Origin: Lysinibacillus sp. | GTDB lineage: Bacteria; Bacillota; Bacilli; Bacillales_A; Planococcaceae | Assembly: GCA_051874195.1 (NCBI GenBank) | Contig: JBJEFP010000114.1 | Span: forward strand, 1,760-65,759 | DNA: 64,000 nt | Direction: 5' to 3' | Shown: positions 8,358 through 17,720 of the stretch, in pieces | Position numbering within the stretch: position 1 is the stretch's first letter | How the letters are laid out: every line of letters begins with the position of its first letter | Program-made: the position numbers and the translations under genes | The notes under the pieces: generated by a model | What the model was told of the DNA's origin: nothing | What the model saw: only the letters and a program-made list of their open reading frames with translations | The model's database searches: none

Positions 8358-11000
8358 CTATTTTTTGCTAACTAATTTCTGTTGCAGCTCATACAGCAGA
8401 GTCATCGCCTGCAACGGCGTCGTCCCCATGACATTGCACTTCTCAAGCGCTTCAAGCACTTCCTTTTCCTCTGCTGAAATCTCCTCGACCGGTGCAAACA
8501 GGGACAATTGCAGATTCTCTTCCTGTGGTGCCTGCTGTTTTGCAGGCTCTATGTTCACAGCCGATGCCGAAGTCGGCACGCCTGCGGATGCTGGTGATGC
8601 GGACGCTTCTGCAGTAGCCAGTGCAGATGGCTTGTCCTGTGCCTCGAACTGCTCGAGCAGGGTCCGGGCACGTTCAATGATTGGTGCGGGCATTTCTGCC
8701 AATTCCGCCACATGGACACCGTAGCTCTTGTCCGCCGCCCCGTCCTTCACCTTATGCAGGAACACGACACGCCCGTTCTGCTCCGTCGCCGACACATGGA
8801 CGTTCTTCAGGCGCTCGAGCTGCTGCTCCAGCTCCGTCAATTCGTGATAGTGCGTGGAAAACAGCGTATTCGCCCCAATCTCGGTATGGATATATTCCAT
8901 CATCGCCTGGGCAAGGCTCATGCCGTCATAGGTCGATGTCCCGCGCCCGATTTCATCAAACAGCAGCAGGCTGTTCTTCGTTGCATGTGTAATGGCGTGC
9001 TGCGATTCCATCATTTCCACCATGAATGTCGATTGTCCGGCAGCCAGGTCATCCGCCGCCCCGATGCGTGTGAAAATCTGGTCGGTAATCGGCAGCTCTG
9101 CCTCCGCTGCCGGTACATAGCATCCCATCTGTGCAAGGATGACAATCAGTGCGACCTGGCGCATATACGTACTCTTACCAGACATGTTCGGTCCTGTAAT
9201 GAGCATCATGTTCTTCTCTTCCGTCAGGATGCAGTCGTTCGGCACATACATCTGCTTACCCAGCATCTTTTCCACGACCGGATGCCGTCCGTCCACGATT
9301 TTCAAAGCACGCCCCTCATGGAAGACAGGCCGTGTGAAGCGGTATTTCTCCGTGACGGCGGCAAAGCTCATGAAGACGTCCAGCTCGCTGATGGATGATG
9401 CGAGCGCCTGTACACGCGGAATGTACGCCTTCAGCTCTTCCCGCAGCTTCACGAACAATTCATATTCAAGCGCCAGGCTTTCCTCCTCGGCATTCAGAAT
9501 CAGCGCCTCTTTCTCTTTCAGCTCCTCGGTGATGTAGCGCTCGCAGTTGGCAAGCGTCTGCTTCCGTTCATAGCGCGTCAGGTCTGCCTTTGCAATATGT
9601 GATTTTGTTATTTCGATATAATAGCCGAATATCCGGTTGTAGCCGATTTTCAAATTATTGATTCCTGTCAGCTGGCGCTCCTTCTGCTCCAGTTGCATGA
9701 TCCAGTCCTTCCCGTTGCGCGCCGCATAGCGAAGCTCATCCAGCCGTTCGTTATAGCCGTCACGGATGACATCCCCTTCCTTGATGGCAATCGGTGGATG
9801 GTCCGTAATCGCGCTTGCCAGCAGCGCCTCGACATCTTCGCACGTATCGAGCGCCTGACCTAGTCCCACCAGCGTCTCCTTGCCGCTCTCAAGCAGCTGT
9901 GCCTTGATTATCGGCACTTGGCGAAGAGATTCGCGCAGCTGCGCCAAGTCACGTCCCCCTACATTTCCGAAAGCGACACGGCCGGCAAGGCGCTCCAAAT
10001 CGTATACGCTCTTCAACAGTTCGCGCAGCTCCCCACGCAAGAAAAACTCCTCCAGCAAATCCGTCACGATGGCAAGGCGGGCCTCGATTGCACTACGGGT
10101 TGCAAGCGGCTGGTGCAACCATTGCTTCAGCCTGCGTCCCCCCATAGCCGTCACGGTTTCATCGAGCAGCCATAGCAGCGTCCCCTTCTGATCGCCACCA
10201 CGGATGGATTGGATCAGCTCCAGGTTGCGCTTCGAATTTGTATCGATGCGTAAGTACTGCCGCGTTTCCGTATACGTAAACGCCTGCAGATGGGACAGCG
10301 AGCGCATCTGTGTCCGCTCGACGTATTGCAGCAGACGGAGCGCTGCAGGCTTCACCTGTTCCGGTAGATTCATAAGATAGTCAGCAACCTTATGCACGTC
10401 CAGCTCCTGCTGTTCAACCGACAGGACGATGCCTGTCGCGCCGGCAAGCTCGGCCAGTTCAAGATGGAGCGCATCCGTCACGATCACTTCACGAATGGCC
10501 AAACTCTGCAGCTGCTGAATGCATTCCTTCGCACCGCCCTCGATGATCTGTGCATTCGCCTCGCCCGTAGAAACGTCCAGGTACACAAAGGCCAATTCGT
10601 TGTCATCGATTCGTTCTGCACAGGCCAGGAAATGGTTCGTCTTGCTGTCGATCGTCTTTCCTTCTGTAATCGTCCCAGGCGTAATCAGCTGCACGACCTC
10701 GCGCTTGACTACCCCCTTCGCCTGCTTTGGATCTTCCGTCTGCTCGCAGATTGCCACCTTATATCCCTTCGATACAAGCGTTTCGATATAGTTCTTCGCG
10801 GAATGGTGAGGAACGCCGCACATCGGGATACGCTCCTTGCCGCCCGCGTCCCGTCCCGTCAATGTAATCTCTAGTATTTGTGACGCTCTTGTCGCATCAT
10901 CGAAAAACATTTCATAAAAGTCGCCCAGCCGGAAAAACAGAAAGGCGTCCTTGTAATCTTCTTTGATCAATAAATATTGCTGCATCATTGGCGTATACAT
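8358..11000 (-). CDS. mutS: DNA mismatch repair protein MutS
   Basis: TPMMQQY, FFRLGDFYEMF, TGPNMSGKSTYMRQ, DEIGRGT, C-terminal QLSLF clamp-binding motif. Confidence 0.98.
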   Translation of the reverse strand: MYTPMMQQYLLIKEDYKDAFLFFRLGDFYEMFFDDATRASQILEITLTGRDAGGKERIPMCGVPHHSAKNYIETLVSKGYKVAICEQTEDPKQAKGVVKREVVQLITPGTITEGKTIDSKTNHFLACAERIDDNELAFVYLDVSTGEANAQIIEGGAKECIQQLQSLAIREVIVTDALHLELAELAGATGIVLSVEQQELDVHKVADYLMNLPEQVKPAALRLLQYVERTQMRSLSHLQAFTYTETRQYLRIDTNSKRNLELIQSIRGGDQKGTLLWLLDETVTAMGGRRLKQWLHQPLATRSAIEARLAIVTDLLEEFFLRGELRELLKSVYDLERLAGRVAFGNVGGRDLAQLRESLRQVPIIKAQLLESGKETLVGLGQALDTCEDVEALLASAITDHPPIAIKEGDVIRDGYNERLDELRYAARNGKDWIMQLEQKERQLTGINNLKIGYNRIFGYYIEITKSHIAKADLTRYERKQTLANCERYITEELKEKEALILNAEEESLALEYELFVKLREELKAYIPRVQALASSISELDVFMSFAAVTEKYRFTRPVFHEGRALKIVDGRHPVVEKMLGKQMYVPNDCILTEEKNMMLITGPNMSGKSTYMRQVALIVILAQMGCYVPAAEAELPITDQIFTRIGAADDLAAGQSTFMVEMMESQHAITHATKNSLLLFDEIGRGTSTYDGMSLAQAMMEYIHTEIGANTLFSTHYHELTELEQQLERLKNVHVSATEQNGRVVFLHKVKDGAADKSYGVHVAELAEMPAPIIERARTLLEQFEAQDKPSALATAEASASPASAGVPTSASAVNIEPAKQQAPQEENLQLSLFAPVEEISAEEKEVLEALEKCNVMGTTPLQAMTLLYELQQKLVSKK

Positions 11001-11082
11001 ACTCTAACCTCTTTACTTTTAATAGTACCCTTCATTATAACAAGAAAAGGAACTTCCCAAAAGTTTGAGAAGTCCCTTTTTG

Positions 11083-11637
11083 TCAATCGAATGACGATGA
11101 TTCGATCATCGGATTGCTGCTCGAACTGCTCGAGCTGCTGGAGCTTGAGGATGTACTTTCATCATTGAATGTCCATTCTTCCTCGAAATCAAGCGGATGA
11201 ACATGGATGCAAACCTTCGTCTCGCCGACAACCTCTACTAAAAATTCACGCTCCACCAATACTTTGATTTTTTCGCCGTCCGGGGCGATGACCGCTTCAA
11301 TGCAGTTAGGCTGTTGCAGGACGCGTGCATGCACATCGTTTGAATCTCCTACTTCATCATCGCGATAGTGCAGCTTGATGCGGTCGCGGTATGAAACGGT
11401 CTCCGTGTATACCGCCGTTTTCGAATGGTTGTTGTATGCATACCAGACGTTCACATCGAACTTCCCAGATACATCGACAAAATTCCCTACTTTTTTCGCT
11501 TGGTATTGATGGTTGATCACCCAGCAACCTAGTATATTTGTCGGTGTATTAGGAGGCTTCAGAAACTCCTCCTGTTCCGTTCTCTTTTTTCCCTTGGCAA
11601 CGACTGCCTTCGTCACAATTTGACGTAGCCTTTTCAC
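11083..11637 (-). CDS. cotE: Spore coat morphogenetic protein CotE
   Basis: RQIVTKAVVAKG, ILGCWVINH, FDVNVWYAY, LQQPNC motifs; position upstream of mutS. Confidence 0.95.
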   Translation of the reverse strand: MKRLRQIVTKAVVAKGKKRTEQEEFLKPPNTPTNILGCWVINHQYQAKKVGNFVDVSGKFDVNVWYAYNNHSKTAVYTETVSYRDRIKLHYRDDEVGDSNDVHARVLQQPNCIEAVIAPDGEKIKVLVEREFLVEVVGETKVCIHVHPLDFEEEWTFNDESTSSSSSSSSSSSSNPMIESSSFD

Positions 11638-11666
11638 CGACGCCTCTCCCTTCCTGTTTCTCGCCC

Positions 11667-11696
11667 TATCTTATGCGATAAGCGCCTAAAGTGTGA
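11667..11696 (-). promoter_or_regulatory. Mother-cell (sigmaK/sigmaE-type) promoter of cotE
   Basis: Minus strand TCACA-16 bp-CATAAGATA fits the sigmaK consensus (AC...CATANNNTA). Confidence 0.6.
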
Positions 11697-11856
11697 AAAA
11701 GAAAAAGAGGCTCGCCGGGATGCCCTGGCAACTGCATATTTTTTTTATCAATCAGTCCATAGCTGCTGAAAACCTTTTAGCATATGGCATTCTTATCAAG
11801 TTGTTACTACCCCATCACAAAAGGGGCGCCGTCAATGACTTTTCAGGCGCCCCTTT

Positions 11857-14037
11857 TCACTCGTATTGTTCCAGCAGGGTATCCACAACTTCAAGCTTCA
11901 TCGGCTTGTAATAATAGTAGCCCTGTCCGATATTGCAGCCGATTTTCTTCAGCTCCTCATGCTGGGCCTCTGTTTCGACACCTTCTGCCACCGACTTCAT
12001 CTCCAAGTCTGACGCCAGCTGGATGATCATCTTCACGACCGCGTGCATCCGTGGTTCTGCAATGTAGTCGGTAAAGCTCTTGTCAATCTTGATTTCCTCG
12101 AACGGCAGCTCCTGCAGATAGCCGAGCGAGGAATAACCGACGCCGAAATCGTCCATCGATGTGGCGATGCCGATTTTCCGGAGCTCCTCAATATTCCGCT
12201 TGGCATAGATCACGTTCTCAAGCTCGATGCTCTCCGTGATCTCCAGCGTCAAGTACTTCGGCTCCACCCCATAGTCATTTACAAGGTTCTCTATGTTCCT
12301 GACAAAGCCGGGGTAATAGAAGTGGTTCGCTGAAATATTCACCGACACCGGAAACAAGCGCTTGCCCTTCTTTTTACGCTCGCGCTGCCATGCGAGCACC
12401 GACTTTAAAATGGCCCTGTCCACCTTATGGATATTGCCGGTCTTTTCACCGACGGGAATGAACACGGCCGGCGATATGAAGCCGATTTCCGCCGACTCCC
12501 AACGTGCCAGCGCTTCAAACCCGACGATTTCGCTCGTCTGCATATCCACTTTCGGCTGGAGCATCGGGAAGAACTCCCTGTTTTTCAGTGCGCTTGTGAA
12601 GAGCGTCAATACTTCCAGCTCTTTTTCAATCGATTTCACCTCAGATTCGTCGTAGAGGCATATCGCCGTCCCAGGTAATTTGGAGGCCGAGAACAGCGCT
12701 GTATCGGCATGCTGGATAGCATTCGCACCGGCAACCTCCTCTCCGAAGATGGCGGTGCCGACCTTTAAGGTGATCGAGACATTTTTCCCTTCAATCAGAT
12801 AGGGTTCGAAAATCAATTCATTTATATGGTGGCGCAAAATTTCCTGACTCTCGATTTCATAGGGTGTGGCCATGATGAGGGAGGAGCTCGTGTAGCGGGC
12901 AATCATGGCATCCTCGAACACAGGCATGTCGTCTAGCCGGTCTGCAATTTGCTTTAACAGGGCATCGCCGCCCGATCTGCCGTATAGATCGACGATATAT
13001 TGGTATTCCGTCGCCTCGATAATATAGATGACGCCACTGCCCTTGATTTCTCTGAGACGCTCCATTTCCTTTTCAAAGCTCGTAATATTGCGCAGGCCCG
13101 TCTTTTCATCATAAAAGACCAGCTGCAAAATCTCGTTTTTCTGTTTGAAATACTGGAGGGCAAGCGTTACAATGGGCGCCAGTCTATCCAAAAATAGATA
13201 GTCGGCCGGACGCGGCGTCGTCGGCTCTTCAAAATACATGGAGAAAACGCCGACAACCTGTCCTTCATGATTTTTAATCGGCTGGCTCCACGAAGCCACA
13301 ATGTCATATTTTTCTAGGATGGAGCGAAAAACTTTCCAATCCTCTTTCTCCTGTATGTCCGTACCGATTACCGCCTCCCTCAAGAAGCGGGATGTTCGCT
13401 CGTCTGCCAAATATCCGCTGATATCCAGATTGCTCAAGCTGTTTTTGAATTCTTCCGGAATTGAACTCTGCGTCAGCACCTGTAACTTATTATCCTCTAT
13501 AAGAAAAATGCAGCATTTATTCGGTTTATAAAAAGAGGTAGATACATAATCACAAATCCGTTCAAATACATAAGGCAGGTGGTGGCCCTGCTCCAATGAT
13601 GAATATAGCTTCCGTTCCAGCTGCACAAGTGTATCCATATGTACGACATCCGTTTCATCATTCAGAACGAATAGGTAGAAGGACGCCGTCTTTTCATTCG
13701 CGAATAATGGAATGGCCGTAATGCCGCTCCAAAATCCGGTCCTGTCTTTCCTGTATTGAAAGATGCGGGTCTTGACCGTCTCTCCCTTGCGAAGTGTTGC
13801 TGCCAGCTTCTTCATTTCCTGCAGATCCGTCTGCGGACCGTTCAGTACCGTTATTTTTCTTCCAATAATTTCGTCCTTCTTATATTCCGTAATATGAGAG
13901 AAGACGTCATTCACATGCTTCACCGTCAAGTTGGCCGCATCCAAAATGGCGACACCTGAATCCATCCGTTCAGCCAGCCTGTATAGCCAAGAATATAATA
14001 GTTCCCTATTGGGCATCAGAAATTCATGTTCTCTCAT
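11857..14037 (-). CDS. PAS-GAF-(degenerate GGDEF)-EAL protein, probable c-di-GMP phosphodiesterase
   Basis: PAS (FQYRKDRTGFW), GAF, GGDEF position reads YTSSS; EAL domain intact (FEALARW, LEITES, DDFGVGYSSL, IKIDKSF, AEGVET). Confidence 0.88.
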   Translation of the reverse strand: MREHEFLMPNRELLYSWLYRLAERMDSGVAILDAANLTVKHVNDVFSHITEYKKDEIIGRKITVLNGPQTDLQEMKKLAATLRKGETVKTRIFQYRKDRTGFWSGITAIPLFANEKTASFYLFVLNDETDVVHMDTLVQLERKLYSSLEQGHHLPYVFERICDYVSTSFYKPNKCCIFLIEDNKLQVLTQSSIPEEFKNSLSNLDISGYLADERTSRFLREAVIGTDIQEKEDWKVFRSILEKYDIVASWSQPIKNHEGQVVGVFSMYFEEPTTPRPADYLFLDRLAPIVTLALQYFKQKNEILQLVFYDEKTGLRNITSFEKEMERLREIKGSGVIYIIEATEYQYIVDLYGRSGGDALLKQIADRLDDMPVFEDAMIARYTSSSLIMATPYEIESQEILRHHINELIFEPYLIEGKNVSITLKVGTAIFGEEVAGANAIQHADTALFSASKLPGTAICLYDESEVKSIEKELEVLTLFTSALKNREFFPMLQPKVDMQTSEIVGFEALARWESAEIGFISPAVFIPVGEKTGNIHKVDRAILKSVLAWQRERKKKGKRLFPVSVNISANHFYYPGFVRNIENLVNDYGVEPKYLTLEITESIELENVIYAKRNIEELRKIGIATSMDDFGVGYSSLGYLQELPFEEIKIDKSFTDYIAEPRMHAVVKMIIQLASDLEMKSVAEGVETEAQHEELKKIGCNIGQGYYYYKPMKLEVVDTLLEQYE

Positions 14038-14166
14038 CGCTGCCTAACCCTCTCTGTTGTACATTCGTTCCATTAGTATAACAAACCCTTTCCCTTATTT
14101 CGACAATAATATTCCAAATTTTATAATAACAAGAGTGCAGATGCAATGTTTGGATTGTCAGGCCCG

Positions 14167-14206
14167 AAAAGCCGCCACACCATATAGCGCAAATGGGGGG
14201 CGGCTT
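14167..14206 (-). terminator. Intrinsic terminator downstream of the DUF3885 gene
   Basis: aagccgcc...ggcggctt stem with inner ccat/atgg pairing, followed by TTTT on the minus strand. Confidence 0.6.
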
Positions 14207-14362
14207 ATCCAGTAGAATATTCGAATGGTTGAGGAAAGTTATTATAGGGCAACAGGGATAGGCTAATAGCATTTCCGCTCACTTCATAAATAGCCACTTG
14301 CTTGTACCCTTATCATATGGAATACGCGGCAAGCCATTACTTTTCCACGGTAAACTAGGTGC

Positions 14363-15010
14363 TTACGGCCTTGATTGGATTTCTTCCTCTGCGCACAGTT
14401 TCAAAGACCGGATGGCCTGCAGCAAGTTTTCATGCAAGGTTGGATCCGCATTGATGATTTCGCACCCCCGGTCATCGTACAGATGAAAGATGCACCTCGT
14501 CCTTGTGTTGATCAAAAATACATCCGGAGCAAATAGACTATGCTTTTTTCGCAGCCTTGGTCTGAGGGAAGAAAACCCCTCATGAATTAGCGCTTTGCAG
14601 AGCGGTTCCCACTTGATATCCGTAGCTTTACAGAAAAGTTCCATTTGCTGTACCAAAATAATTTCTTCCTCATCCGTCCAATTGAACTCTTGTAAATGAA
14701 TTTCATACTTTTTCTTCTGATTTTTTATATAACGTAAAAAAAGGTACGGATAAACCGTTTGCTTCGTTTCATGAGGAAACGACTGGACCACCACAATGAC
14801 ATCATCTGTTTTTCGAAACAATAACGCGAGAATCTGCGAGACCTGCCTATATGCCTTTTGAAACATCAGCATATTTATATTGCCCTTGTCAGTTAGCTGA
14901 TAATGGCCTCCCCCCAGCTCTACATGGATTCCAAAATCCCACTGATGATAAAAATTCGATACCAATGGCTCATTTCTATAGCTTTCTTTCATGAATTTTT
15001 TTACTCTCAT
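14363..15010 (-). CDS. DUF3885 domain protein
   Basis: FHLYDDRGCEII signature; GGGGGAAGG RBS. Confidence 0.8.
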   Translation of the reverse strand: MRVKKFMKESYRNEPLVSNFYHQWDFGIHVELGGGHYQLTDKGNINMLMFQKAYRQVSQILALLFRKTDDVIVVVQSFPHETKQTVYPYLFLRYIKNQKKKYEIHLQEFNWTDEEEIILVQQMELFCKATDIKWEPLCKALIHEGFSSLRPRLRKKHSLFAPDVFLINTRTRCIFHLYDDRGCEIINADPTLHENLLQAIRSLKLCAEEEIQSRP

Positions 15011-15139
15011 ACCTTCCCCCTTATTTGCCCTTTCAGTTAATGATTCATAATCGGTCCCTCTTTAGCTCAATCAAATGCCTCAAAATGAATAGAATGGCGC
15101 GTCTTCTGCATGGATTCCTTCAAAGGCTCCCTGAACGGC

Positions 15140-15175
15140 AAAACCCCCGCAACCATGGAGGTTGCAGGGGTTTTA
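15140..15175 (-). terminator. Terminator of miaB-ricA
   Basis: aaaacccctgcaacc / ggttgcgggggtttt stem with T tract on the minus strand. Confidence 0.8.
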
Positions 15176-15200
15176 TAAGTAGCCACAATGTGCGGCTGTA

Positions 15201-15635
15201 TTACGAGCAGCTTCCCGGTTGGCTGTTGCGGACTTTGGAGCCCGTTTCGCCGCGCAGCAGGTCGCCGCCTGTCGATTCGATGATTTCGTTCGTTACGTTG
15301 TTGGCGATGGCGTTGGACACCAGCTGCAGCAATTGATTCACTTCTATTTGAGATTGCTTGAACTGCTGAACAACCGGCACTTGATCGATTTCCTCTTCGA
15401 TGGCAGTGATTTTGCCTTCGATCATTTTCAATGCCTTTTCCTTGCCAAGGTGCTGGAAGTTGACGGCTTGCTTTTGCAATGTTTTTAGTGACGCGATTTT
15501 TTCACGCACTTTCTGGTTTTCATTGATTTGCTCCTCCGCCTTTTTGAAGAATTCCACTTCTTCCGTGTTGGCGATCATATGTGCGATTTCTTTTGCTTTT
15601 TCTACGATTTCGTCTTTTGTATATAGCTTTGTCAT
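15201..15635 (-). CDS. ricA: RicAFT complex protein RicA (YmcA)
   Basis: EEVEFFKKAEEQINEN...KTLQKQAVN...PVVQQFKQSQ...TGGDLLRGETG...C; directly after miaB. Confidence 0.92.
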   Translation of the reverse strand: MTKLYTKDEIVEKAKEIAHMIANTEEVEFFKKAEEQINENQKVREKIASLKTLQKQAVNFQHLGKEKALKMIEGKITAIEEEIDQVPVVQQFKQSQIEVNQLLQLVSNAIANNVTNEIIESTGGDLLRGETGSKVRNSQPGSCS

Positions 15636-17167
15636 TATGCATGCACCCCTGTTTGATTGACCACTTCCACGAATTCACCACGTAGGGAATAAGCTTTCGC
15701 TTCCATGATTTTTACTTTTACAATTTGACCAACTAATTCTTTAGGCCCCGCGAAGTTTACGAGCTTGTTGCGGCGGGTATAGCCGGCCAGCACATCGTCG
15801 CGTTTCTTACTGCTTCCTTCCACCAGCACCTCTACCACTTGTCCTTCATATTTCTTCAAGGCATTTGTCGAGAATTCGGCTACGACGGCATTCAGACGTT
15901 GTAGACGCTCTCTTTTCACCTCTTCCGGTACGTTGTCCACCATTTTGGCGGCCGGTGTACCCTCACGCGGAGAGTAGATGTAGGTGAAGGCCATTTCAAA
16001 GCCCACTTCCCGGTATAGATCAAGTGTTTCCTGGAATTGCTCCTCCGTCTCATTTGGGTAGCCCACGATGATATCCGTCGTCAGCGCCACATCAGGCATC
16101 GCTTCTTTGATTTTCCGTACAAGATCCAGGAAATGCTCACGCGTATATTTGCGTGCCATGATTTTCAAGATGTCGTTCGAGCCGGATTGCACCGGCAGAT
16201 GGATATGCTCGACCAGATTTCCCTTCTTCGCCAGTACTTCAATCAAGTGGTCGTCGAAGTCACGCGGATGGGACGTCGTGAAGCGGATGCGTGGAATGTC
16301 GATTTTGCGCAGCTCATCCATCAGGTCTCCAAGGCGATAGTCGATATCCGTAAAGTCCTTACCATAGGCGTTTACGTTCTGGCCTAGCAGCATGATCTCC
16401 TTATACCCTTGTGCAGCCAGTTCCCGTACTTCTTGAATGATTTCCTCCGGACGACGTGAACGCTCTTTCCCCCGTGTGTAGGGAACGATGCAGTATGTGC
16501 AGAACTTGTCGCATCCGTACATGATGTTCACCCATGCCTTGATGGAGCCAAGCCGCTTCTTCGGAAGGTTTTCGATGACATCCCCTTCCTTCGACCAAAC
16601 CTCAACAACCATTTCCTTCGACATGTAGGCTTCTTTCAAAATATGCGGCAGGCGATGGATGTTGTGCGTGCCGAATACCATGTCCACATGCTGATAGGTC
16701 TTCAAAATTTTATTGACGACCGATTCCTCCTGCGACATGCAGCCGCATACACCGATCAGCATCTCTGGGTTCTGGCGTTTATATTTCACTAGAAAGCCAA
16801 GCTCTCCAAACACTTTGTTTTCAGCGTTCTCACGAATAGCACATGTATTCAGCAAGACGACGTCAGCCTCTTGGACTTGCTCGGTAGGCTCATACCCAAG
16901 CTGCATGAAAATACCGGCCATCACTTCCGTATCGTGCTCATTCATCTGGCAACCGTACGTACGGATGTAGAATTTGCGCCCCTGTCCCATTCCCAGAAAC
17001 TGTTCATCGATCGCAAAATCCTTGTGGTACTTCACTTCCTCTTTCCCACGTTTTTTTGCATCCTTTAATGATGGCGCGGTAAACACGCGCTCGAAATATT
17101 TGCTGTAGTCTTTTTCCTGCTTCGGTTGATTTACTTGCTGACTAGCTAGTCGTTGTTCTTCATTCAT
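15635..17167 (-). CDS. miaB: tRNA methylthiotransferase MiaB
   Basis: [26 protein letters not shown] radical SAM motif, C-terminal TRAM domain. Confidence 0.97.
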   Translation of the reverse strand: MNEEQRLASQQVNQPKQEKDYSKYFERVFTAPSLKDAKKRGKEEVKYHKDFAIDEQFLGMGQGRKFYIRTYGCQMNEHDTEVMAGIFMQLGYEPTEQVQEADVVLLNTCAIRENAENKVFGELGFLVKYKRQNPEMLIGVCGCMSQEESVVNKILKTYQHVDMVFGTHNIHRLPHILKEAYMSKEMVVEVWSKEGDVIENLPKKRLGSIKAWVNIMYGCDKFCTYCIVPYTRGKERSRRPEEIIQEVRELAAQGYKEIMLLGQNVNAYGKDFTDIDYRLGDLMDELRKIDIPRIRFTTSHPRDFDDHLIEVLAKKGNLVEHIHLPVQSGSNDILKIMARKYTREHFLDLVRKIKEAMPDVALTTDIIVGYPNETEEQFQETLDLYREVGFEMAFTYIYSPREGTPAAKMVDNVPEEVKRERLQRLNAVVAEFSTNALKKYEGQVVEVLVEGSSKKRDDVLAGYTRRNKLVNFAGPKELVGQIVKVKIMEAKAYSLRGEFVEVVNQTGVHA

Positions 17168-17236
17168 CGACTAAAGCTCCTTTCATTCAAATGCCCATTG
17201 AACTATTATAGCGAATAGTCCTCTTCCCCGACAAGC

Positions 17237-17581
17237 TTAGTGTAGAAATTGTCGATAGCCTTGTGTGTCATTTTTACGTAAAATTGTAAGAAATGTGACA
17301 GCGAGGCGCACGACCTGTCCCCAGTTCATGTGATAGCGCGCTTCAAACTCGAATTTCGGGAGGTGTATGACGTCCCTGAAAAGCTGCTGTGGCTCGATCT
17401 GCTCCTCCTTCAGGTAGGCGAGAAAGGCAAGGAACAGCTTATGATCCTCAACCTGCAGATGCTTCGATTCAATCAGTGCATCCAACCGTTCATCAAGCGA
17501 ATGCGCCTTCTGGAACAGCTTCTGGATATGTGCTTCTTCCTTTTCATTTTTATATTGAAGAAAATGTAGAATGTTTGTCAT
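17237..17581 (-). CDS. Hypothetical helical protein, 114 aa
   Basis: Clean ORF with AAAAAGGGG RBS; no family recognised. Confidence 0.7.
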   Translation of the reverse strand: MTNILHFLQYKNEKEEAHIQKLFQKAHSLDERLDALIESKHLQVEDHKLFLAFLAYLKEEQIEPQQLFRDVIHLPKFEFEARYHMNWGQVVRLAVTFLTILRKNDTQGYRQFLH

Positions 17582-17615
17582 GGAATCCGGCCCCTTTTTA
17601 TGGTTTTACACATCA

Positions 17616-17720
17616 ATTTCGCCAGATGAACGTTGAATTTCGCCAAATTCATTGTTTATTTCGCCAGCTTTTGGAATCATTTCGCCAAATCGCTGCTTAT
17701 TTTCGCCAAACATCTTCCGG
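17616..17720. repeat. Direct-repeat array: five copies of (A/T)TTTCGCCA at an exact 21-bp period with unrelated 12-nt spacers
   Basis: TTTCGCCA starts at 17617, 17638, 17659, 17680 and 17701. Confidence 0.95.

Noticed and set aside
14210-14360. Possible sRNA between the DUF3885 stop and its terminator
   Set aside because: A TATAAT is present (14241-14246) but there is no plausible -35 or extended -10. A long 3' UTR is the simpler explanation.
17616-17720. Calling the 21-bp array a CRISPR array
   Set aside because: The 8-9 bp repeats and 12-nt spacers are far below CRISPR sizes, the repeat is not palindromic, and no cas genes are in the window. Kept as an unclassified array.
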